DNA from: Acidimicrobiales bacterium
GTDB lineage: Bacteria; Actinomycetota; Acidimicrobiia; Acidimicrobiales; Bog-793
Direction of reading: 5' to 3'
DNA length: 64,000 bases
Assembly (NCBI GenBank): GCA_049523315.1
Contig: JBEKMZ010000001.1
Location: 15,147 to 79,146, forward strand
This document shows positions 17,945 through 25,915 of the stretch, one piece after another. The notes under the pieces are model-generated. The model saw only the letters and a program-made list of their open reading frames with translations, searched no databases and was not told where the DNA came from. A program made the position numbers and the translations under genes. How positions within the stretch are numbered: position 1 is the stretch's first letter; each line of letters begins with the position of its first letter.

Positions 17945-19375
17945 ATGGCACCCGAGCAGTCAGAATCCCCGCAGGCACACTTCGAGGCCATCTTCAAGGC
18001 ATACGACATCAGGGGCATCGTTCCCGACGAGCTCGACGCCCGCATTGCCTATTGCGTCGGCGCGGCGTTCGCCAGCTTCGTGCTCGCGAGAGGCGCCGGC
18101 GAGGCGAGGGTCGTCCTCGCACGCGACATCCGGCACTCGGGTGTCGAGCTGAGCCGGGCCTTCAGCGCAGGCGTGCTGTCCGAAGGCCTCGGCGTCGTCG
18201 ACGTCGGGCTGGCCTCGACCGACCTCCTCTACTTCGCCTCCGGGAAGCTGAACCTGGCCGGGGCGATGCTGACCGCCTCGCACAACCCGCCCGCGTACAA
18301 CGGCATCAAGCTCTGCCTGCCCGGTGCCAGCCCGATAGGGCGCGACTCGGGCCTTGGCGAGATCTGCCGCATCGCTGTCGGCGCCTACGCGAGCGCACCG
18401 GCGGACGGTGGTGTCAAGGACTTCGCGGACGACGGGCGCGTCGAGCATCGCGACCTGCTCGAGGAGTTCGCCACCCACGTGCGCTCGTTCGTTGAGCTCG
18501 AGAGCCTCCGGCCCTTGAAAGTGGTAGCCGACACGGCCAACGGCATGGGTGGCCTCGTCGCCCCAGCGGTCTTCGCGGGGCTGCCCTTCGAGCTCGAGAT
18601 CCTCTTCGGCGAGCTGGACGGTTCATTTCCCAATCATCCTGCGGACCCGATACAGGTGAAGAACCTGGCCGACCTCCGCGCTCGCATCCTCAGCAGCGGC
18701 GCGGACGTCGGGCTTGCTTTCGACGGCGACGCGGACCGCGTGTTCATCGTCGACGAGAAGGGCGAGCCCATGTCAGGCTCGCTGACGACCTCGATCGTCG
18801 CCGCGACCATGCTCGAGCGCCACCCCGGCTCGAAGATCCTCTACAATCTCATCTGCTCGCACGCCGTGCCCGAGATCGTCATCGAGCGGGGCGGTGTCCC
18901 TATACGGACGCGCGTGGGCCACTCGTTCATAAAGGCAGTGATGGCCGAGACCGGCGCCATCTTCGGGGGCGAGCACTCCGGGCATTACTACTTCCGGGAC
19001 AACTACCGGGCGGACTCTGGGATCATCGCCGCCCTCGTCGTGCTCGAAGCCTTGTCGAGGGCGGGGGTTCCCCTCTCAGAACTCAGGGTGCCCTTCGAGC
19101 GCTACTCGGACTCGGGCGAGATCAACACCGAGGTGCCAGAGCCGTCCACGGTGATCGGCGAGGTGGCCGCGCACTACCGGGCCGAGGGCGGACAGATCGA
19201 CGATCTCGACGGGATCACGGTGGACATGGGCGACTGGTGGTTTAACCTGCGGCCGTCCAACACCGAACCGCTGTTGAGGCTCAACCTTGAGGCGCGAGAT
19301 GCTGCCGAGCGAGACCTGTACCGCGACGAGGTGCTCGGGGTGATCCGGCGGCTCGCGCAGAGCACCGCGCGATGA
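17945..19375 (+). CDS. manB: Phosphomannomutase/phosphoglucomutase
   Basis: FKAYDIRG, TASHNP (phosphoserine), FDGDADR (metal), GGEHSGHYYF and LRPSNTEPLLRLNLE. Confidence 0.93.
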   Translation: MAPEQSESPQAHFEAIFKAYDIRGIVPDELDARIAYCVGAAFASFVLARGAGEARVVLARDIRHSGVELSRAFSAGVLSEGLGVVDVGLASTDLLYFASGKLNLAGAMLTASHNPPAYNGIKLCLPGASPIGRDSGLGEICRIAVGAYASAPADGGVKDFADDGRVEHRDLLEEFATHVRSFVELESLRPLKVVADTANGMGGLVAPAVFAGLPFELEILFGELDGSFPNHPADPIQVKNLADLRARILSSGADVGLAFDGDADRVFIVDEKGEPMSGSLTTSIVAATMLERHPGSKILYNLICSHAVPEIVIERGGVPIRTRVGHSFIKAVMAETGAIFGGEHSGHYYFRDNYRADSGIIAALVVLEALSRAGVPLSELRVPFERYSDSGEINTEVPEPSTVIGEVAAHYRAEGGQIDDLDGITVDMGDWWFNLRPSNTEPLLRLNLEARDAAERDLYRDEVLGVIRRLAQSTAR

Positions 19376-19407
19376 CGACAGTGTCGTGACGACGAAAGGT
19401 ACCAACC

Positions 19408-19674
19408 ATGGCGCTCGACCCGCAGCTTTTGGCGCTGCTCGCATGCCCTGAGGACAAAGGGCCGCTGCTCTATTTCGCCGACGAGGAGACGTTGTACAAT
19501 CCCCGGCTCCAGCGGCGCTATCGCGTGGTCGACGGCATTCCGGTAATGCTCGTCGACGAAGCCGAGACCGTCTCGGAGGAGGAGCACGAGCGGCTCTGCG
19601 CGAAGGCCGCGGCCGAGGGGGTCACGGCGAACTTCGACTTCGGCGAAGGCGTAGGGGGCGCCCCCTCGAGGTGA
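19408..19674 (+). CDS. Trm112 family protein
   Basis: LDPQLLALLACPEDKGPL ... YRVVDGIPVMLVDEA. Confidence 0.88.
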   Translation: MALDPQLLALLACPEDKGPLLYFADEETLYNPRLQRRYRVVDGIPVMLVDEAETVSEEEHERLCAKAAAEGVTANFDFGEGVGGAPSR

Positions 19675-20726
19675 GCTGGGTCTCGCCCGACAGCCAGGAC
19701 ATGCTCGGGGCGAGCGCGGCCCTGGGTGAGCAACTCGAGCTGTCGGCGTCACAAGCAGCCGAAGTTCCCGGTCTTCCATCGACGGAGGGTCTCGACGCGA
19801 TCGTCGTCCTCGGGATGGGCGGAAGCGGCGTGGCAGGCGAGATCCTGCAGGCCATCGGCAAGGACCGCCTTAGCCTGCCGGTCGTCCTGTCAGGCGACTA
19901 CGCGCCGCCCGCGTTCGTCGGTCCGAGCACTCTCGTGTTCGCGGTCTCGTTCTCCGGCCAGACCGAAGAGACCCTCGAGGCCACCGCGACCGCCATCGGC
20001 CGCGGAGCCAGGCTGATCGCGGTCACTGGTGGCGGGCAGCTCGCCGAGATGGCGGCCGCGGCCGGAGCGCCCGTATTCAAGACCCTGCCGGGGATCCCGC
20101 AGCCGCGCGCCGGCGTGGCCACCACGACGACGCCCCTTCTCGTCGCCTTGGAGCGGCTCGGGCTGCTCCCGGGGATGACCGAGGAGATCGGCGATGCCGT
20201 CGAACAGCTGAAGAGGCGCCGAGAGGCGCTCGTGGACGGTGCCGGCGTGGCCCTCGAGGTGGCGCAGCGGCTCGATCGCACGATCCCGCTCCTGCAGGGC
20301 GCGAGCGGGATCGGCGCTGTCGCCGCGCGCCGCTGGAAGACCCAGGTGAACGAGAACGCGAAGGCCCCGGCCTTCTATGCATCCCAGCCGGAGTGGTGCC
20401 ACAACGAGATCTGCGGGTTCGGCCAGGGCGGTGACGTGACCCGCCAGGTGACCACGATCGTCATGCTCCGGAGCGACTTTGAGCACCCGCAGATCGAGCG
20501 GCGCTTCAGCCTTGTCGATGAGTTCGTGGGCGAAGCGGTGGCTTCGGTGATTGCGGTTCGCGCCGAGGGACGGGGTCAGCTCGCGCAGCTGTTCGACCTC
20601 ATTACCATCGGCGACTTCGTGAGCCTGCACCTCGCAACACGCGAGGGCATCGACCCGGGCCCGGTCCCGGTGCTCGTCGAGGTGAAGCGCTTCCTCCAAT
20701 CCGCGAGGCAACAGGCGCCGCGTTAG
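19671..20726 (+). CDS. Bifunctional phosphoglucose/phosphomannose isomerase (SIS domain)
   Basis: GMGGSG, SFSGQTEET, QPRA, RRWKTQVNENAK, PEWCHNEI and IDPGPVP. Confidence 0.9.
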   Translation: MSWVSPDSQDMLGASAALGEQLELSASQAAEVPGLPSTEGLDAIVVLGMGGSGVAGEILQAIGKDRLSLPVVLSGDYAPPAFVGPSTLVFAVSFSGQTEETLEATATAIGRGARLIAVTGGGQLAEMAAAAGAPVFKTLPGIPQPRAGVATTTTPLLVALERLGLLPGMTEEIGDAVEQLKRRREALVDGAGVALEVAQRLDRTIPLLQGASGIGAVAARRWKTQVNENAKAPAFYASQPEWCHNEICGFGQGGDVTRQVTTIVMLRSDFEHPQIERRFSLVDEFVGEAVASVIAVRAEGRGQLAQLFDLITIGDFVSLHLATREGIDPGPVPVLVEVKRFLQSARQQAPR

Positions 20727-20735
20727 CGCCATTTG

Positions 20736-22022
20736 ATGAGCAGCCGACCGGTCGACAGAGATATCACCGACCTGGGCCTTGCGAGCCTCGGCCGCCAGAG
20801 GATCGCCTGGGCAGACGCGGAGATGCCCGTGCTCGCCTCGATCCGTGAGCGGTTCGAGGCCGAACGCCCTCTCGACGGGCTCGTCGTGGGCGTGTGCCTG
20901 CACGTGACGACCGAGACGGCCAACTTCTTGAAGACTCTGAAAGCCGGCGGGGCAATAGTGCTGGCATGTGCCTCCAACCCGCTTTCGACCCAGGACGACG
21001 TGGCCGCCTCCCTTGTAGCGGACGAGGGCATCGCCACCTTCGCGGTCAAAGGCGAGAGCCACGAGCGCTACTACCGCCACATCGATGCCGTGCTCGACGG
21101 CCACCCGCAGCTGACCATGGACGACGGGTGTGATCTCGTGTCACGCCTCCACCAGTCCCGCCCGCACCAGCTCCCCGAGCTGATCGGTGGCACCGAGGAC
21201 ACGCGCACCGGCGTGATCCGCCTCCGGGCGATGGAGGCGGCCGGGGTGCTCCGCTACCCGATCGTCGCCGTCGACGACGCCGAGACGAAGCATCTTTTCG
21301 ACAACCGGCACGGCACGGGGCAGTCCACGATCGACGGCATCGTCCGTGCGACGAACATCCTCCTCGCCGGGAAGCGCTTCGTCGTCGCCGGCTACGGCTA
21401 CTGCGGCAAGGGAGTCGCTGCGCGTGCTAGGGGGATGGGGGCGCTCGTGACCGTCACCGAGATCGACGCGCTTCGTGCCCTTGAGGCCGTCACCGACGGT
21501 TTCGAGGTAGCGCCCATGGCGGAGGCCGCCCGCAAGGGCGAGGTCTTCGTGACGGCCACTGGCAACAGCCAGGTGCTCCGGGCCGAGCACTTCGCCGAGA
21601 TGCGTGACGGCGCCATTCTGGCCAACGCCGGTCACTTCGACGTCGAGGTCGACCTCGTGGCACTCGCCCGCATGGCCGGCGACAGGCGGCGGATCGTGCG
21701 CCCGATGGTCGAGGAGTTCACCCTCGATTCCACCGACGGGTCGGCCCGGCGGTTGCTGCTCCTCGCCGAGGGCCGTCTCGTGAACTTGAGCGCGGCCGAG
21801 GGCCACCCGGCGGCGGTCATGGACTTGTCCTTCGCCAACCAGGCGCTCGCGGCCGAGTGGTTGGCGACCAAGCGCGGCCAGCTAGACAATCGCGTGCACG
21901 CGGTACCGGGCGAGATGGACGCCAAGATCGCGGAGCTCAAGCTCGAGACGATGGGGATCGACATCGATGCTCCCACGAGTTCGCAGCTGGCCTACCTGGC
22001 CTCCTGGACCAGGGGCACCTGA
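20736..22022 (+). CDS. ahcY: Adenosylhomocysteinase
   Basis: EMPVL, CLHVTTET, SNPLSTQDD, TKHLFDNRHGTGQS, GYGYCGKG, NAGHFDVE and EGRLVNL..AEGHP..VMDLSFANQ. Some motif substitutions are described under findings. Confidence 0.92.
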   Translation: MSSRPVDRDITDLGLASLGRQRIAWADAEMPVLASIRERFEAERPLDGLVVGVCLHVTTETANFLKTLKAGGAIVLACASNPLSTQDDVAASLVADEGIATFAVKGESHERYYRHIDAVLDGHPQLTMDDGCDLVSRLHQSRPHQLPELIGGTEDTRTGVIRLRAMEAAGVLRYPIVAVDDAETKHLFDNRHGTGQSTIDGIVRATNILLAGKRFVVAGYGYCGKGVAARARGMGALVTVTEIDALRALEAVTDGFEVAPMAEAARKGEVFVTATGNSQVLRAEHFAEMRDGAILANAGHFDVEVDLVALARMAGDRRRIVRPMVEEFTLDSTDGSARRLLLLAEGRLVNLSAAEGHPAAVMDLSFANQALAAEWLATKRGQLDNRVHAVPGEMDAKIAELKLETMGIDIDAPTSSQLAYLASWTRGT

Positions 22023-22049
22023 CACGCGCTCTCGGCCGGGGCATGGGCC

Positions 22050-22055
22050 TAGACT
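22050..22055 (+). promoter_or_regulatory. Putative -10 box for the raiA-motif RNA / hpf transcript
   Basis: TAGACT (TANNNT) about 10 nt upstream of the RNA 5' stem; no clear -35. Confidence 0.45.
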
Positions 22056-22065
22056 GCCGTGCGAT

Positions 22066-22327
22066 GGGCAGCGCGGGTCTGTGGTTGCAAGTCGATGCCA
22101 GTCGCAGGCGAAACGACCCACGTAAGGCGACTCGTGGTCGCTGAGCATGGTGCGGTTTAGAAGTAAGTCCTGCCCTGCGCGGCACCGGTTGGCGGTGCCG
22201 GCGGGAGAAGGGACCAACCGTGAGCTCGGGTGTGGCAGGGGTGGGCGAGGACGCCCGCCCGCACCAGGCACGGGACACCCTCAGCAGGCGAGTGTGGGGT
22301 CAAAGACCAGGTCAGCCGCGTGTGCCC
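22066..22327 (+). ncRNA. raiA motif structured ncRNA
   Basis: Conserved blocks match the raiA-motif consensus as I recall it: GGTCTGTGGTTGCAAGTCGATGCCAGTCGCAGGCGAAACGACCCACGTAAG, GAGCATGGTGCGGTTTAGAAGTAAGTCCTGCC and CAGCAGGCGAGTGTGGGGTCAAAGACCAGGTCA. The closing stem pairs 22066-22076 with 22316-22327, and the element lies directly upstream of an raiA/hpf gene. Confidence 0.9.
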
Positions 22328-22372
22328 GTCATCGGTTGCGACCGAGTGCCTGACCATGAAGGAGACGCTTCC

Positions 22373-22726
22373 ATGGAGATCACGGTGCAAGCCCGCCACT
22401 TGGAGATCCCCGACCAGCTTCGCGAGGCCGCCGTGGCAAAGGCGAAGCACCTCGAGCGGTTCCTGGAAGGGTCACAGCTGGCACAGGTGATCTTCTCGCG
22501 GGATCATGCGGCGCGAGACGACGGCCACGTGACCTGCGAGGTCCTCGTTGTCGCCCGGGGCCGTTCCGTCCGCGTCCGGGCGAAGGCGCACCTCGCGAAG
22601 GATGCCCTTGAGGCCGCGATGAGCAAGGAGGCCTTGCGACTTACGCGCATGCAGGACCGGCTCGTGAACCGCTCGCGGCCCCGCCACGGGGTGCCGGCAC
22701 AAAGACCGACGGAGCTATTGGACTGA
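22373..22726 (+). CDS. hpf: Ribosome-associated translation inhibitor RaiA / short hibernation promoting factor
   Basis: MEITVQARHLEIPDQLREAAVAKAKHLERF ... TCEVLV ... DALEAAMSK: S30AE fold pattern with no long C-terminal domain. AAGGAGA ribosome-binding site at 22359-22365. Confidence 0.85.
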   Translation: MEITVQARHLEIPDQLREAAVAKAKHLERFLEGSQLAQVIFSRDHAARDDGHVTCEVLVVARGRSVRVRAKAHLAKDALEAAMSKEALRLTRMQDRLVNRSRPRHGVPAQRPTELLD

Positions 22727-23697
22727 GCGCCTCCCAGAGCCTGAGCCCGGGTCCCGCCCTGCCCCGGGTCGTCATCGTGGGCGCGACCGGGACGGGCAAG
22801 ACTGCGCTCGCCATGGAGATAGCTCGGTCGGCGCCGGGCCGCTACGAGCTCGTGTCGGTTGACGCCATGGCCGTCTACCGCTTCTTGGACCTCGGGACGG
22901 CGAAACCGACCGAGGCCGAGCGCGCCGAGGTGCCCTGGCACCTCATCGACATCGTCGGTCCCTCCGAGCAGTTCTCGGTCGCGGCCTTCCAAGCTGCCGC
23001 GCGCAGGGCCATCGGCGGCATCGAGTCCCGCAACCACACACCGATCCTCGTCGGGGGCACCGGCTTGTACCACCGGGCCGTCCTCGACTCACTGGAGATC
23101 CCGGCCCGTTTCCCCGAGGTGGCGGCCGGCCTGGAGGAACAGGCCGAGCGGTCGGGCGGGCTGGCCGAGCTCTTCCAGCGGCTCTCGGAGCTGGACCCAG
23201 TCGCGGCACAGAGAGTCGAGCCGGGCAACAGGCGCCGGATCGTGCGTGCGCTGGAGGTGACGCTCGGCACGGGCCGTCCCTTCTCCTCTTTCGGCCCGGG
23301 CCTGCTCAACTACCCGCCGAGTGGGGCGAGCATGATCGGCCTCGAGCTTGAGCGCTCAGAGCTTGACCGCCGGCTCGCCGACCGGTTCGACGACCAGCTC
23401 GCAAGAGGGCTCTTAGAGGAGGTCCGCCAACTCGTGGGGCGCCCCGGCGGGCTCTCGCGCACGGCGCGACAGGCGATTGGCTACAGGGAGCTGCTCTCAC
23501 ACCTCGAGGGTGGCGTGGCACTCCAGGCGGCACGCTCAGAGGCGTTGCGGCGGCTTCGCGCCTTGGCCCGCCGCCAGGAGGCCTGGTTCAAGCGCGACCC
23601 TCGCGTGGTCTGGTTATGGGCGGACCGGAGCGATCTCATCGAGGCGGTCCGCGCGGTTGCGGGCGACACCGGAGTGATCGGAGCCGTGCGACACTGA
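22723..23697 (+). CDS. miaA: tRNA dimethylallyltransferase (start uncertain: CTG 22723/22741/22759, or GTG 22777)
   Basis: VVIVGATGTGKT P-loop, SVDAMAVYR..DLGTAKP, VGGTGLY, NRRRIVRALEV, QAIGYREL and ARRQEAWF. Confidence 0.92.
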   Translation: MSASQSLSPGPALPRVVIVGATGTGKTALAMEIARSAPGRYELVSVDAMAVYRFLDLGTAKPTEAERAEVPWHLIDIVGPSEQFSVAAFQAAARRAIGGIESRNHTPILVGGTGLYHRAVLDSLEIPARFPEVAAGLEEQAERSGGLAELFQRLSELDPVAAQRVEPGNRRRIVRALEVTLGTGRPFSSFGPGLLNYPPSGASMIGLELERSELDRRLADRFDDQLARGLLEEVRQLVGRPGGLSRTARQAIGYRELLSHLEGGVALQAARSEALRRLRALARRQEAWFKRDPRVVWLWADRSDLIEAVRAVAGDTGVIGAVRH

Positions 23698-24641
23698 TGA
23701 ACATGTTGGCGCTGGTCAAGTACCACGGCCTCGGGAACGACTTTCTCATTGCCCTCGACTGCGACGCGCTCGACGGCGCAGCCGCCGTGCTCGCCGGCCG
23801 GGTGCAGAACGGGAAGGAGGCCTCGAGCGGTCCCGGCGCGTCCGGCGATCTCGTGGGTTCTCTTGCACGGGCGCTGTGTGACCGGCACACGGGAGTCGGA
23901 GCCGACGGGCTCTTGGTCCTAATGCCTGCAGGCCCGGCCGCGGATGTGCGCATGGAGCTCCGCAACGCGGACGGGGGCCGGGCCGAGACGAGCGGGAACG
24001 GCTTGCGCTGTTTCGCCCTGGCCGCGATCGAGGCCGGCCTCGTGACCGGGCCAGAGGTCCGCGTGGAGACAGACGCCGGTGTCCGCCGGGCGGAGCTTCG
24101 CGCGCACCTGGGAAGCGGTTGCGCCGACGTCTCGGTCGAGATGGGGATTGTCAGGGCCGCGCGGTCGGACCCGATTGCCGACGCCGCCCTCCCGGGCTCG
24201 AGAGCGCTGCCGTGGCCCGCCTGGTCGGTCGATGCCGGGAACCCTCATCTCGTCCTGCTTGCCCCCTCGCTCGGGGGCATCGTGCTCGGCGTTATAGGCC
24301 CGGAACTCGAGCAGCGCCGCCCCGGAGGCCAGAACGTGGAGATCGTGACCTATGACCCAGCCAAGAGCGAGCTGTCCCTGCTCGTGTGGGAGCGCGGAGC
24401 CGGGGTGACGCTCGCTTGTGGGAGCGGCAGCGTGGCCGCGGCCGCGGCTTTGCATTCCGCCGGGATCGCCCCAGCGCGCGTACACGTGCGCAATCCGGGC
24501 GGGACGGCCGAGGTCTCCCTGTCCGGCGACGACCCTCTCGCGACGGTGGCAGAGCTTGTCGGGCCGGTCCACCGCGTCGCCCGCATCGAAGTCGACCCGG
24601 GCGAGCTCTGCGAGTCCACAAGGGGCGTGCCGGCGTCGTGA
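23697..24641 (+). CDS. dapF: Diaminopimelate epimerase (first catalytic Cys replaced by Ser)
   Basis: KYHGLGNDF, GVGADG, NADGGRAETSGNGLRC, GNPHLV, NVE and VWERGAGVTLACGSG. Confidence 0.88.
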   Translation: MNMLALVKYHGLGNDFLIALDCDALDGAAAVLAGRVQNGKEASSGPGASGDLVGSLARALCDRHTGVGADGLLVLMPAGPAADVRMELRNADGGRAETSGNGLRCFALAAIEAGLVTGPEVRVETDAGVRRAELRAHLGSGCADVSVEMGIVRAARSDPIADAALPGSRALPWPAWSVDAGNPHLVLLAPSLGGIVLGVIGPELEQRRPGGQNVEIVTYDPAKSELSLLVWERGAGVTLACGSGSVAAAAALHSAGIAPARVHVRNPGGTAEVSLSGDDPLATVAELVGPVHRVARIEVDPGELCESTRGVPAS

Positions 24642-25915
24642 CGGTGGTCGGGACCACGCTCATCGACCGGAGGTTCCGGGAGAAGATCGTGCTCGTGGGG
24701 ATGGTCGCCTGGCCGCGCACGCTCGAGGAGGTCGAGGCGAGCCTGGACGAGCTCTCGCTGCTGGTCGACACCGCCGGCGCGGACGAGGCCGCCCGCGTCG
24801 TGCAGCGGCGCGCGGCCGCGGACCCCGCGACCTACATCGGGCGTGGCAAGGCAGAGGAGCTGCGCAGGATCTCTGAGGCCGTCGACGCCGACACCGTCGT
24901 CTTCGACGACGAGCTGTCGCCCGCCCAGCAGCGCAACCTCGAGACGATTCTCGGCAGGACCGCCATCGACCGCACCGCGGTCATCCTCGACATCTTCGCC
25001 CAGAACGCCCATACTCCCGAGGGTCGTGCCCAGGTCGAGCTGGCCCTCAGTCGCTACCGGCTCCCTCGCCTTAGGGGCAAGGGCCTTGCTTTGTCTCAGC
25101 AGGCGGGCGGAATCGGCACGAGGGGCCCGGGCGAGACCCAGCTCGAGGTCGACAGGCGGCGGATCATGCGCCGTATCCGCAAGCTCGAGGTGGAGCTGCG
25201 CGACCTTGAGGCCACCCGGCACACCCAGCGCAAGGCGCGAGGGCGCGGAGCGCTGCGGACCGTATCGCTCGTCGGCTACACCAACGCCGGCAAGTCCACA
25301 CTGCTCAACGTCCTCACCGACGCAGGGGTCCTCGTGGAGGACCGGCTCTTTTCCACCCTTGACCCCCGCACCCGCCGGCTCCATCTGCCCGGGGGCGAGT
25401 CGGTGCTCTGTTCCGACACGGTCGGTTTCGTGCGCAAGCTGCCCCACCAGCTCGTGGACGCGTTCCACGCCACCTTGGAGGTCGTCGGCTCCTCGGACCT
25501 GTTAGTGCATGTCGTCGACGCCTCGGCCGCGGACCCAACGGCTCAGATAGAAGCCGTGCGGACGGTCCTCGGCGAGATCGGGGCCGCTGAGGTGCCCGAG
25601 CTCCTGGCGTTCAACAAGGCCGATCTCGACAGGCGCAAGGCCGGACGGCTCATGGCCTCACAACCGGGTTCGGTCGCCTGCTCGGCCCTCACCGGCCGGG
25701 GAGTGCCCGAGCTGCTCCGCGCGGTGGCGGAGCGCCTCAGGCTCGAGGACCACATGGTGGATCTCGCCGTGCCCGTGGCGCGAGGCGACGTCCTAGCCGC
25801 GATCCACCGCGAAGGCGAGGTGCTTGGCGAGCGTTACGAGGGCGAGCAGGTCCTCGTGCGGGCGCGCCTCGACGAGCGCGGGGCGAGGCGCTACGCCGAG
25901 TTCGTGCAGCAATGA
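24638..25915 (+). CDS. hflX: GTPase HflX
   Basis: TYIGRGK, IDRTAVILDIFA, GIGTRGPGETQLE, VGYTNAGKS, DTVGF and NKAD. GTG 24638 overlaps the dapF stop. Confidence 0.95.
   Translation: MTVVGTTLIDRRFREKIVLVGMVAWPRTLEEVEASLDELSLLVDTAGADEAARVVQRRAAADPATYIGRGKAEELRRISEAVDADTVVFDDELSPAQQRNLETILGRTAIDRTAVILDIFAQNAHTPEGRAQVELALSRYRLPRLRGKGLALSQQAGGIGTRGPGETQLEVDRRRIMRRIRKLEVELRDLEATRHTQRKARGRGALRTVSLVGYTNAGKSTLLNVLTDAGVLVEDRLFSTLDPRTRRLHLPGGESVLCSDTVGFVRKLPHQLVDAFHATLEVVGSSDLLVHVVDASAADPTAQIEAVRTVLGEIGAAEVPELLAFNKADLDRRKAGRLMASQPGSVACSALTGRGVPELLRAVAERLRLEDHMVDLAVPVARGDVLAAIHREGEVLGERYEGEQVLVRARLDERGARRYAEFVQQ

Noticed and set aside
20700-20736. SAH riboswitch before ahcY
   Set aside because: Only 9 nt separate the upstream stop from the ATG, so there is no room and no motif.
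22147-22450. Small ORFs across the ahcY-hpf intergenic region, and the N-terminal extension of hpf from 22220
   Set aside because: The region is explained by the raiA RNA, and the RBS plus homology place the hpf start at 22373.
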